Source of the DNA: Alsobacter soli | Lineage (GTDB): Bacteria > Pseudomonadota > Alphaproteobacteria > Rhizobiales > Beijerinckiaceae | Direction of reading: 5' to 3' | DNA: 64,000 bases | NCBI GenBank assembly: GCA_945883115.1 | Contig: CAMCXA010000005.1 | Location: 6,479-70,478 of the forward strand | Shown here: positions 19,011 to 27,030 of the stretch, piece by piece | How the letters are laid out: every line of letters begins with the position of its first letter | Position numbering within the stretch: position 1 is the stretch's first letter | Notes under the pieces: model-generated | What the model saw: the letters and a program-made list of their open reading frames with translations, nothing else | Databases searched by the model: none | What the model was told of the DNA's origin: nothing | Made by a program: the position numbers and the translations under genes

Positions 19011-19778
19011 TCAATGCCGCGTTGAACTGAGAAACTGCTTTAGCCGTTCCGATTTCGGATTGGCGAGCAATTCGCGCGGGTCACCCTGTTCCTCGATCTG
19101 GCCCTTGTGCAGAAACACGATCTGGCTCGCAACATCCCGCGCGAACCCCATTTCATGAGTCACCACCAGCATGGTTCGGCCTTCCTCCGCGAGTTTGCGC
19201 ATCACCTGCAACACCTCGCCGACAAGCTCCGGATCAAGCGCGGAGGTCGGCTCGTCAAACAACAAAACACTCGGCTCCATCGCCAGCGCCCGCGCAATCG
19301 CCGCCCGCTGCTGTTGGCCGCCTGAAAGATGGTTCGGATAAAAATTCCGCTTCTCGGCAATCCCCACTTTCGCGAGCAGCGCCTCGGCCCGCTCGATCGC
19401 CTCCTTGCGCGGCACTTTCAAAACATGCACCGGCGCCTCGATCACATTCTCCAAAATCGTCCGGTGCGACCACAGATTGAAGCTCTGAAACACCATCGCC
19501 AGCTTCGAGCGGATGCGCTCGACCTGCTTTTGATCCTCGGGCAGCGCAGTACCGTCCGGCAGCGACTTCATCCGGATCAGCTCGCCATTCACCGCCACCC
19601 GCCCAGAATTCGGCATCTCGAGCAGATTGATACATCGCAACAGCGTCGACTTCCCCGAGCCGCTCGATCCGATCATCGCGATCACATCGCCCGTTTTCGC
19701 CGCGAGCGACACACCCTTGAGCACCTCGACCTCGCCGAAACGCTTGTGCAGATCCTCGACCTTCAGCGTCGTATCCAT
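19011..19778 (-). CDS. Polar amino acid ABC transporter ATP-binding protein (HisP/OccP-like)
   Basis: Walker A GSSGSGKST, signature LSGGQQQRAAIARAL and Walker B LLFDEPTSALD. Confidence 0.9.
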   Translation of the reverse strand: MDTTLKVEDLHKRFGEVEVLKGVSLAAKTGDVIAMIGSSGSGKSTLLRCINLLEMPNSGRVAVNGELIRMKSLPDGTALPEDQKQVERIRSKLAMVFQSFNLWSHRTILENVIEAPVHVLKVPRKEAIERAEALLAKVGIAEKRNFYPNHLSGGQQQRAAIARALAMEPSVLLFDEPTSALDPELVGEVLQVMRKLAEEGRTMLVVTHEMGFARDVASQIVFLHKGQIEEQGDPRELLANPKSERLKQFLSSTRH

Positions 19779-19788
19779 GAACTATCCT

Positions 19789-20502
19789 CTAGGCGGCAAC
19801 AGGGTCGAGACGGTGACGGTTGATGCGACGCTCCACGATCATCAGCACCCGCGTCAAGATAAACACCAGCACAATATAAATGAAACCCGCCGCCAGCAGC
19901 GGCTCATATACCCTGAACGTCACTTTCTGGATTTGCCGCGCCGTGCCCATCACCTCCCACACCGTGATCAGCGAGGCCAGCGACGTCGCCTTCAGCAACA
20001 GGATCGTCTCGCCCGTCATCGTCGGCAAGCAAATCTGCACCGCACGCGGCAGCTTGATCCGCCAGAAAATCATCCGGCTCGACATGCCATAGGCTTTGGC
20101 CGCCTCGATCTCGCCGCGCGGCACCGCCTCGATTGCCCCGCGCAAAATCTCGCCCGTATACCCCGCCGTATTCAACGAGAACGCGAACACCGCATACCAG
20201 AATCCCTCGCGCAGATAGGGCCACAGAAAACTCTGCTGCACCCATGAGCCAGGCAGCAATTCGCCGAGCCCGTAATAGATCAGATAGGTCTGTGCCAGAA
20301 GCGGCGTGCCCCGCATCACGAAAATGAAGAACGCGCTCGGATACCTTACAAACACATTCCCCGAGAGCCGCGCCACAGCAATCGGCAAAGCCAGCGAATT
20401 GCCGATCACGGCGGAAAGAAATGTCAGCACAAGCGTCATCGGCACAGCAGCCAGCAGCGTCGGCGCAATCGAAGCAATGAAGGTAAACGACTCGTTCATC
20501 AC
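19789..20502 (-). CDS. Polar amino acid ABC transporter permease (HisM-like)
   Basis: 237-aa membrane ORF with an EAA-type loop (EAAKAYGMSSRMIFWRIKLP). Confidence 0.85.
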   Translation of the reverse strand: MMNESFTFIASIAPTLLAAVPMTLVLTFLSAVIGNSLALPIAVARLSGNVFVRYPSAFFIFVMRGTPLLAQTYLIYYGLGELLPGSWVQQSFLWPYLREGFWYAVFAFSLNTAGYTGEILRGAIEAVPRGEIEAAKAYGMSSRMIFWRIKLPRAVQICLPTMTGETILLLKATSLASLITVWEVMGTARQIQKVTFRVYEPLLAAGFIYIVLVFILTRVLMIVERRINRHRLDPVAA

Positions 20503-21221
20503 CGGTAACCCCGGTTCACACGCGCCTCGATGATCCGGATGGCAATCACGGAAACAATCGTAATGCCCAGAAACATGATCGCTGCAACGGAATAGAAAAA
20601 CCCGTAATGTTTGGTCACAGCCGAGGCGCGATACCCCATGAACAGCAAATCCTGCGTTTGCCCCAGAACACTGATCAGCGATGAATCTTTCGTTGCCGAA
20701 AGCCAGAGATTGCCCATGCCGGGCAGGGCGTAGCGCAACATTTGTGGCACAATCACCCGCCGCAATGTCAGGAGTTTCGACATGCCGGAGGCCTTCGCCG
20801 CCTCGATCTGGCCTGTCGGAATCGAAAGTATCGCCCCGCGCATCACTTCCGTCATATAGGCGCCGCCGATAAATCCGAGCGCTGCGACAGCCGCAATAAA
20901 CGGATCAATCTCGACATCTTCGAAATCGGCACTGATGAAACTCAAAACGAATTTGATTGCATCTGCGCCCGAAAAATAAATCAGCAACAGCAGGAGCAAT
21001 TCCGGCAGCGCGCGCACAAGCGTCGTGTAAAGGTCGGCAATCCGTCGCAAGGTCGGCGAGGTGCTGAGCTTCGCGCTCGCCCCCAAAAGGCCGAAAATCA
21101 GCGAAAGAAAATAAGAGGCGGCCGACACTTCCAGCGTCACCACAAGCCCTTCGACAAAGCGCATTCCCCAGCCATCGGGGCCGAAGCTCATCAGTGCAAA
21201 AAGGGATGGTGTTGGGTCCAT
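20499..21221 (-). CDS. Polar amino acid ABC transporter permease (HisQ-like)
   Basis: 240-aa membrane ORF with an EAA-type loop (EAAKASGMSKLLTLRRVIVPQ). It overlaps the next permease gene by 4 nt. Confidence 0.85.
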   Translation of the reverse strand: MDPTPSLFALMSFGPDGWGMRFVEGLVVTLEVSAASYFLSLIFGLLGASAKLSTSPTLRRIADLYTTLVRALPELLLLLLIYFSGADAIKFVLSFISADFEDVEIDPFIAAVAALGFIGGAYMTEVMRGAILSIPTGQIEAAKASGMSKLLTLRRVIVPQMLRYALPGMGNLWLSATKDSSLISVLGQTQDLLFMGYRASAVTKHYGFFYSVAAIMFLGITIVSVIAIRIIEARVNRGYR

Positions 21222-21270
21222 CGTGCCCGCGATATTCAGTCTAATAACCCGGAAAGCATCAAGCCCTCCG

Positions 21271-21307
21271 GAAAAAAGAGGCGCGGCAATGGATCAAAGC
21301 CGCGCCC
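21271..21307 (-). terminator. Intercistronic intrinsic terminator or attenuator after the binding-protein gene
   Basis: On the minus strand an 8-bp GC stem (GGCGCGGC, loop TTTGATCCATT, GCCGCGCC) is followed by TCTTTTTT. It begins 10 nt after the stop at 21317. Confidence 0.7.
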
Positions 21308-21316
21308 TTTGTTTGC

Positions 21317-22126
21317 TTATTCGCCGTAAATGTTGAAGTTGAAATACTTCTTGGCGACCATGTCATATTCACCGCTGGCGCGAACCGCCTTGATAGCAGC
21401 GTTGAGCTTGTCCTTCAGCTTCGCATCACCCTTGCGAAGGCCGGCACCTGCACCGACGCCGAAGATCGGATCACCCGGCACAATGAGCTTGGCTTCGATG
21501 CCCTTCGCGGCATTCGCCTTCGCGAAATCATCAGCGGCAACCGAGTCGAGCAGCGCGTAATCGATACGGCCCGCAACGAGATCGGCATTGTGGTTGTCGG
21601 CGGTGTCATAAACCTTCACCGTCGAGTCCTTGAAATATTTCTGCGCATAATCGGCGTGGATCGTCGCCGTCTGCACGCCGATGGTCTTGCCCTTCAGATC
21701 AGCCGGATTGGCAATCATGCCGCCCTTGCCGTCAGGATTGGCGGTCGTCGTCACCTTCGGTGCATCCTTGCCGCCGATCAGTTCGGCTGGCGAATTGTAA
21801 TATTTGTCCGAGAAATCGATGACCTTCATCCGCTCTTCGGTGATCGACATCGAATTGAAGATGATGTCGATTTTCTTGCCTGTAAGCGCCGGAATCAGGC
21901 CATCCCACGCAATCGAGACGATCGGGCAATCAGCATCCATCTGCTTGCAAAGTGCTGCGAGCAAATCGATCTCGAATCCTTCCCACACATTCTTGGCGTT
22001 GAACGAGGTGAAGGGCGGGTAGGCTTCCGGTGAAATGCCGACGCGGATCTTGTCCTTCGCTACGGCAGATGTCGCCAGAACCAGAGCGGCGGCAAGCATC
22101 GTTCCTTTAAAAATCTTCGAGAGCAT
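21317..22126 (-). CDS. Lysine/arginine/ornithine/histidine/opine-type periplasmic binding protein
   Basis: Signal peptide MLSKIFKGTMLAAALVLATSAVA and type 3 SBP features. The ATG at 22126 has a GGAGGA Shine-Dalgarno sequence. Confidence 0.8.
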   Translation of the reverse strand: MLSKIFKGTMLAAALVLATSAVAKDKIRVGISPEAYPPFTSFNAKNVWEGFEIDLLAALCKQMDADCPIVSIAWDGLIPALTGKKIDIIFNSMSITEERMKVIDFSDKYYNSPAELIGGKDAPKVTTTANPDGKGGMIANPADLKGKTIGVQTATIHADYAQKYFKDSTVKVYDTADNHNADLVAGRIDYALLDSVAADDFAKANAAKGIEAKLIVPGDPIFGVGAGAGLRKGDAKLKDKLNAAIKAVRASGEYDMVAKKYFNFNIYGE

Positions 22127-22353
22127 GTGGTACTTCCTCCAATGTGCGGACAAATAATGTGCCGCGTTTTATAGACATATTGCTCACGTGCTAACCGCAC
22201 ATGTTATTGGCCGTGAGGCACGTCAGCGACGCTCCTCATCCACCAAGCATGACCTGAGTATTTCAGTAGTTGAACAGACGCACAAGGAAATTTTGAATGA
22301 ATTTAGCCGCGTTTTGATCCCGCTTCTGATTTTCTGCACAAAACACACCCAGT

Positions 22354-22983
22354 TTACCGTCCGCTCCGTACAGTAATCAGCGACTCAACCCACGCCTCGC
22401 AAAGCCTGATCGCCTCGTCTGGCGAAAATGTTTTCTGGTTCAAACACCATTCGAGCCACAACCCGTCAATCAATGCCGAAAGCCCGATGGCCGCGAGCCG
22501 AACACTGATCTCCTGATCCCCGGACTGATCCTTCAACGCACCCAGTAATCCCTCAAGCACGGTCCGGTAAGCGCCATACGTCTCGTCATGGATGCTTTGC
22601 ACCTCGTGAGACCGCCGCGTCATACTCCAGAAGGCGATCCAGACATGCAGCACCTTGTAATCGAGATTGGGCGGCGCAAAGCTCTGCCTGAAAAACGCGC
22701 TGATCTTCGCTCTCGGCTCCGTGCCAGCCTCCTCAACCGCTTTCTCGATGCTTTCCAAAAGCTCGGTTGCCAGCAACCGATAGGCTTCCGCCACAAGCGC
22801 CTCGATGCCCGCAAAATAATGGTTGATCAGCCCGATGGAGACGTTGGCCCGCGCCGCGATTTTTCGCACCGAGGCGCCGTCGCTCCCGGCTTCCGCAAGG
22901 CAATCGAGCGTCGCGCGGATCAGCGCCTCGCGCCTCACTTCCTGCGTGACACGGTGATGTTTCGGAATCGGCAACTCGCTCAT
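22354..22983 (-). CDS. TetR family transcriptional regulator (BetI-like helix-turn-helix)
   Basis: Helix-turn-helix region REALIRATLDCLAEAGSDGASVRKIAARANVSIGLINHYF. I chose the ATG at 22983. Confidence 0.85.
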   Translation of the reverse strand: MSELPIPKHHRVTQEVRREALIRATLDCLAEAGSDGASVRKIAARANVSIGLINHYFAGIEALVAEAYRLLATELLESIEKAVEEAGTEPRAKISAFFRQSFAPPNLDYKVLHVWIAFWSMTRRSHEVQSIHDETYGAYRTVLEGLLGALKDQSGDQEISVRLAAIGLSALIDGLWLEWCLNQKTFSPDEAIRLCEAWVESLITVRSGR

Positions 22984-23050
22984 TCGGTCTCCTTGCTGGC
23001 GTATCATGCCGCGCATCGTCGCTCTTTTCCAGTCATTCCGGATTTTCACT

Positions 23051-23068
23051 ATTGAACAAGTGTTCAAT
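23051..23068. promoter_or_regulatory. Perfect 8-2-8 palindrome, a candidate TetR/BetI-type operator
   Basis: ATTGAACA-AG-TGTTCAAT lies between the divergent TetR gene (start 22983) and the aminotransferase gene (start 23107). Confidence 0.55.
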
Positions 23069-23106
23069 ATGCCGTAGACGGATTGCGAAGCAGGGAGGAG
23101 TCTGAC

Positions 23107-24297
23107 ATGCGCTTTTCATCGCGAGTTGATCACATTGGTGGTGGCGCAGTCGCCGCGTGGGACATTCACAACGCGGCACAGGCGGCCAAACGGCGCGGCG
23201 AGGACGTGATCGTTCTTAGCGTCGGCGATCCCGATTTTTCGACACCCGCTGCCATTACCGATACCGCGATTGCGGCCTTGACCGCTGGTGACACCCATTA
23301 TTCCGAAGTCTCCGGTCGTTTGAATTTGCGCACATCTGTTGCCGACTGGCACGCAAAGCGGTGGAATGTTCCGCTCGATGCCGACAATGTCATGATTGCT
23401 GCCGGCGCCCAAAATGGCCTCTTCACCGCTGCCCAATGCCTGTTCCAGCCCGGCGACGAAGTCATCGTGCTCGATCCCGCCTATCTCACTTACGAAGCCA
23501 GCATCGGCGCATCCGGCGCGAAAATGGTCCGCGTCCGGCTGAAATCGGAGGAGGGCTTCGCGCTCGATAGTGAAGCGCTTGCGAAGGCGATCACGCCGAA
23601 AACCCGCGCCTTCTTCATCGCCAATCCCAATAATCCGACAGGGTCCGTCCTGAGCGTGAACGAACTCCACGCTATTGCCAATCTCGCGGTGAAGCATGAC
23701 CTCTGGGTCGTCAGCGATGAAGTCTACGCCGATCTCGTCTTCGATCAGGCTTTCGTCAGCATATCATCTCTGCCGGGCATGCTCGAGCGCACTGTGACCG
23801 TCGGTTCGCTCTCCAAATCCCACGCCATGACCGGTTGGCGCATTGGCTGGATGATCGGCCCCAAGGATTTGATCGCTCACGCCGGCAATATCGCACTCTG
23901 CGCGATCTATGGCGTCCCCGGATTCATTCAGGAAGCCGCCGTCACGGCACTGGCCGAGAGCGAATCGATTGTCTCTGAAATGCGCACCATCTATCGCCGC
24001 CGCCGCGACACCTTGTGCGATATTGTCGAGCAAGCTGCCACGTTACGCGTTCTCCGCCCGGCCTCTGGCATGTTCGCCCTCATCGATATCCGCCGCACTG
24101 GCATGACGGCCAATGAGTTCTCATGGGCCCTGTTCCGCGCCAAGGGTGTTTCCGTTCTCGACGCAACCGCCTTCGGGCTTGCATCCGAAGGCCATGTCCG
24201 CGTTGCCTTCACCGTGAGCGATGAAGCGCTCGAGGAAGCCGGCCGTCGCATTGTTGCTTTTGCCGCCGAAATCAATTCTTCTGCAGCAGTTGCCTGA
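23107..24297 (+). CDS. Class I/II PLP-dependent aminotransferase, arginine:pyruvate transaminase (AruH)-like
   Basis: The PLP-binding lysine sits in SLSKSHAMTGWRIGW. Other motifs are AAWDIH, LSVGDPDFSTP and YRRRRD. A GGAGGAG Shine-Dalgarno sequence precedes the ATG at 23107. Confidence 0.7.
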   Translation: MRFSSRVDHIGGGAVAAWDIHNAAQAAKRRGEDVIVLSVGDPDFSTPAAITDTAIAALTAGDTHYSEVSGRLNLRTSVADWHAKRWNVPLDADNVMIAAGAQNGLFTAAQCLFQPGDEVIVLDPAYLTYEASIGASGAKMVRVRLKSEEGFALDSEALAKAITPKTRAFFIANPNNPTGSVLSVNELHAIANLAVKHDLWVVSDEVYADLVFDQAFVSISSLPGMLERTVTVGSLSKSHAMTGWRIGWMIGPKDLIAHAGNIALCAIYGVPGFIQEAAVTALAESESIVSEMRTIYRRRRDTLCDIVEQAATLRVLRPASGMFALIDIRRTGMTANEFSWALFRAKGVSVLDATAFGLASEGHVRVAFTVSDEALEEAGRRIVAFAAEINSSAAVA

Positions 24298-24308
24298 GAG
24301 AGAACGAC

Positions 24309-25919
24309 ATGAAAACGCTTGGCGTCTATTTGGCTGAACTCCTTGAAGACTACGGCGTCGATACGATTTTCGGCATCCCCGGTGTTCACACCGTCGAGTT
24401 CTATCGCGGTCTGCCCAATACGCGCATTCGTCACGTTACCCCGCGCCACGAACAGGGTGCAGGCTTCATGGCCGATGGCTATGCCCGCGCCACAGGCAAG
24501 CCTGGCGTTTGCCTCGTCATTACCGGCCCCGGCATGACCAATATTCTCACTGCCATGGCGCAGGCCTATGCTGATTCGATCCCGATGCTCGTAATCTCCG
24601 CGGTCAATGGTCTCGGCAAAATGGGGTCGGGGAACGGTCATCTCCACGAATTGAAAGATCAGCGCCGCCTCGCCGAGGGCGCAGCCGCCTTCAGCCACAC
24701 CGTCTTCACACCCGCCGATCTCGATCAGGCCGTCGCGCGTGCCTTCGCTCTGTTCTCGAGTGCACGGCCGCGTCCCGTCCACATCGAAATCCCGACTGAC
24801 ATCATCACGATGGACTGCTCGGCCCATCGCGGTCCCGGAGCAGCGACCCTCCCGCTTCGCGGCGCGCCGCGTCATGAACCTCTGGGCGAGGCTTCGGCAC
24901 TCCTCGCATCAGCCCGCGCACCGCTTCTGCTGGTTGGCGGCGGAGCCGTCGATGCATCCGATGAAATCCGTGAACTGGCCGAGCGTCTCGATGCCCCCGT
25001 TATCATGACCGTGAATGGCCGCGGTATTCTGCCGCCCGGCCATCCCCTTTCCGTCTCCGCCAATGCGAGCCTGCCCGCACCGCGCGCCTTGATGGCGGAA
25101 TCGGATGTCATTCTGGCCATCGGCACCGAAATCGGCCCCACCGATTACGACTGGAACGAGGAGGGCCCTGCCACACTGAACGGCTCCCTTATTCGCGTCG
25201 ATATCGATCCCGAACAGGCCATGCGCGGTCACCGTGCCGCGTGCATCATCATTGCCGATGCGGCCGAAACAGCACGCGAACTGCTCTCGCTGGTCCCGTC
25301 GAAAGGGTCGCGGGATGGCGCCGCCCGCAGCAGCCGCGCCCGCGCGGCAATTGCCCGCGACAGTCTCAATCTCACCTATCGCGCCTCGCTTGCAATGCTC
25401 GAAACAGTCCGTCAAACACTGCCCGACGCCGTCATCGTCGGCGACTCGGCCCAGCCCGTCTATGCCGCCTCCGTAGCCTATGAGGCCGAACGCCCCCGCG
25501 CGTTTTTCTGCTCCGCAACGGGGTTTGGCACATTGGGCTATGCTTTGCCTGCCGCAATCGGTGCCAAAATCGGCCAGCCCGACCGTCCTGTCATCTGCCT
25601 GATTGGCGATGGCGGCTTGCAATTCTCGGTCGGCGAACTCGCCTCTGCGGTCGAAGCTAAAACGCCGATCATCATTCTGCTCTGGAACAATTTCGGCTAT
25701 GGCGAGATCAAGTCCTTCATGGTCTCGCGCCAGATTCAGCCCATCGGCGTTGATATCGGAACGCCTGACTTCACCCTGCTTGCAAAGGCTTACGGCGCGG
25801 CTTCGGAGCGTCTTGAGGCACCCGACGATCTCGCCCGTCTCCTGAGCGAAGCCGCCTCGCGCAACGTCCCGACCCTGATCGAGATCAACGAGGCAAGTTA
25901 CGTCGAGGCTAAAGGCTAG
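24309..25919 (+). CDS. Thiamine diphosphate-dependent enzyme, 5-guanidino-2-oxopentanoate decarboxylase (AruI)-like / acetolactate synthase large-subunit family
   Basis: N-terminus GIPGVHTVEFYRGL...RHVTPRHEQGAGFMADGYARATGKPGVCLVITGPGMTN and the ThDP-binding motif GDGGLQFSVGELA...NN. 536 aa. Confidence 0.7.
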   Translation: MKTLGVYLAELLEDYGVDTIFGIPGVHTVEFYRGLPNTRIRHVTPRHEQGAGFMADGYARATGKPGVCLVITGPGMTNILTAMAQAYADSIPMLVISAVNGLGKMGSGNGHLHELKDQRRLAEGAAAFSHTVFTPADLDQAVARAFALFSSARPRPVHIEIPTDIITMDCSAHRGPGAATLPLRGAPRHEPLGEASALLASARAPLLLVGGGAVDASDEIRELAERLDAPVIMTVNGRGILPPGHPLSVSANASLPAPRALMAESDVILAIGTEIGPTDYDWNEEGPATLNGSLIRVDIDPEQAMRGHRAACIIIADAAETARELLSLVPSKGSRDGAARSSRARAAIARDSLNLTYRASLAMLETVRQTLPDAVIVGDSAQPVYAASVAYEAERPRAFFCSATGFGTLGYALPAAIGAKIGQPDRPVICLIGDGGLQFSVGELASAVEAKTPIIILLWNNFGYGEIKSFMVSRQIQPIGVDIGTPDFTLLAKAYGAASERLEAPDDLARLLSEAASRNVPTLIEINEASYVEAKG

Positions 25920-25931
25920 ACAGCGCTGAGC

Positions 25932-26726
25932 TTACGCGGCTCTCCAGCGCAAAGACATGCAGGAGAGCCCGGCATCGACCTTGGCAATCTCGGATGTCTC
26001 CAGCGGCACGACATGATATCCCGCCTCCTGCAATCGTTTGATTGTTCCCGGAAACGCTTTCCCCACCAGCACCCGATCATTGATCCGGAGTGCGTTGGCC
26101 GCTCCCTCTTCGCCCTTGGGCGTATAGATAATGTTCAATCCGTCAAAGACGCCACCGGCAGCGAGTCGCTTCGTTGAAAGCACCGTACCCTCGTCAAGCA
26201 GCGAACAGTCTGACTTGAAGTGCAACACATTGGCCGGCGTCCGCACAATCAACGGGTTCTTGTCCAATTCCTTGAGAAACGCGGCAAGCGCTTCCGCGCC
26301 CGTCTGGTTCGTCCGGTCGGAAAGCCCGATCATCACCCTGTCTTGCAATACCAGTATATCCCCGCCATCGGCAAAGCCCGGCGCGGGCAGGTCAAGCACG
26401 CGTCCGAAGTGGCGGCGCAGCACTGGCGCGATCTCTGCCGCTTCCCCGAACCGGCTCTTCGCCCCGGGCCGCATCACGATGGCGCCCTCCGTGAACACAA
26501 GCGCCGGATCCTCGACGAACATCGAGTCGGGGTATGTGTCCAAAGCCGGCAGCACCTCGACCGTCAGTCCTGCCTCCCGCAACGCCCCGACATAGGCGGC
26601 GTTCTCCGCGATCACGCGGCCATAGTCCGGCGCACCGACATCGACAGCCCGCAACCCGTTCACGATCCCGGGGCAGGGTGTCCGTACAATGGCGTGGGTG
26701 AAATGGTAAACGGGTTCTCTTGGCAT
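25932..26726 (-). CDS. Dimethylarginine dimethylaminohydrolase (DDAH) family / amidinotransferase-fold protein
   Basis: Starting from the ATG at 26726 gives MPREPVYHFTHAIVRTPC.... The C-terminal catalytic cysteine motif is GLSCMSLR. The 333-aa track ORF adds 69 low-quality residues. No clear Shine-Dalgarno sequence. Confidence 0.7.
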   Translation of the reverse strand: MPREPVYHFTHAIVRTPCPGIVNGLRAVDVGAPDYGRVIAENAAYVGALREAGLTVEVLPALDTYPDSMFVEDPALVFTEGAIVMRPGAKSRFGEAAEIAPVLRRHFGRVLDLPAPGFADGGDILVLQDRVMIGLSDRTNQTGAEALAAFLKELDKNPLIVRTPANVLHFKSDCSLLDEGTVLSTKRLAAGGVFDGLNIIYTPKGEEGAANALRINDRVLVGKAFPGTIKRLQEAGYHVVPLETSEIAKVDAGLSCMSLRWRAA

Positions 26727-26805
26727 GGGAGGGTCCTGATCATCCGGGTTCGAGGTCGTGTAACTAGCACATCTACAATCCGGGAATTTGTCAAAATCCG
26801 ACTGG

Positions 26806-26828
26806 AACTCCAACACAAACTCCAACAC
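26806..26828. repeat. Direct repeat AACTCCAACAC x2 (12-nt period) in a divergent control region
   Basis: AACTCCAACAC occurs at 26806-26816 and again at 26818-28. The pair is flanked by CTGG on both sides. Confidence 0.8.
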
Positions 26829-26904
26829 TGGAAATACACGGCACTTTGTTCCAGAGTATGTCCGTCCAACAGTGTCGTTTTTTCCAGATGATTTCCAAAA
26901 CAAA

Positions 26905-26917
26905 CGGAACAGTTCCG
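26905..26917. promoter_or_regulatory. 13-nt perfect palindrome CGGAAC-A-GTTCCG
   Basis: Read directly from the sequence. It lies in the 304-bp region between the DDAH-family gene and the DMGDH-like gene. Confidence 0.4.
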
Positions 26918-27030
26918 ATTGAGGTTGTGCCATGACGGATTCAAGACAGTCAGGAAAATTTCACCCGTCTATCTCGTCAAAATAAAAAAATCGTAGAAAT
27001 TCCAAGAGTTTCATCCCCCGGGAGCGTTTC

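Noticed and set aside
26740-26760. GGTTCGA strings resembling a tRNA T-loop at 26746, with another at 59336.
   Set aside because: The following bases do not give the GGTTCGANTCC pattern. No acceptor or anticodon stems can be drawn around them, so I call no tRNA or tmRNA.
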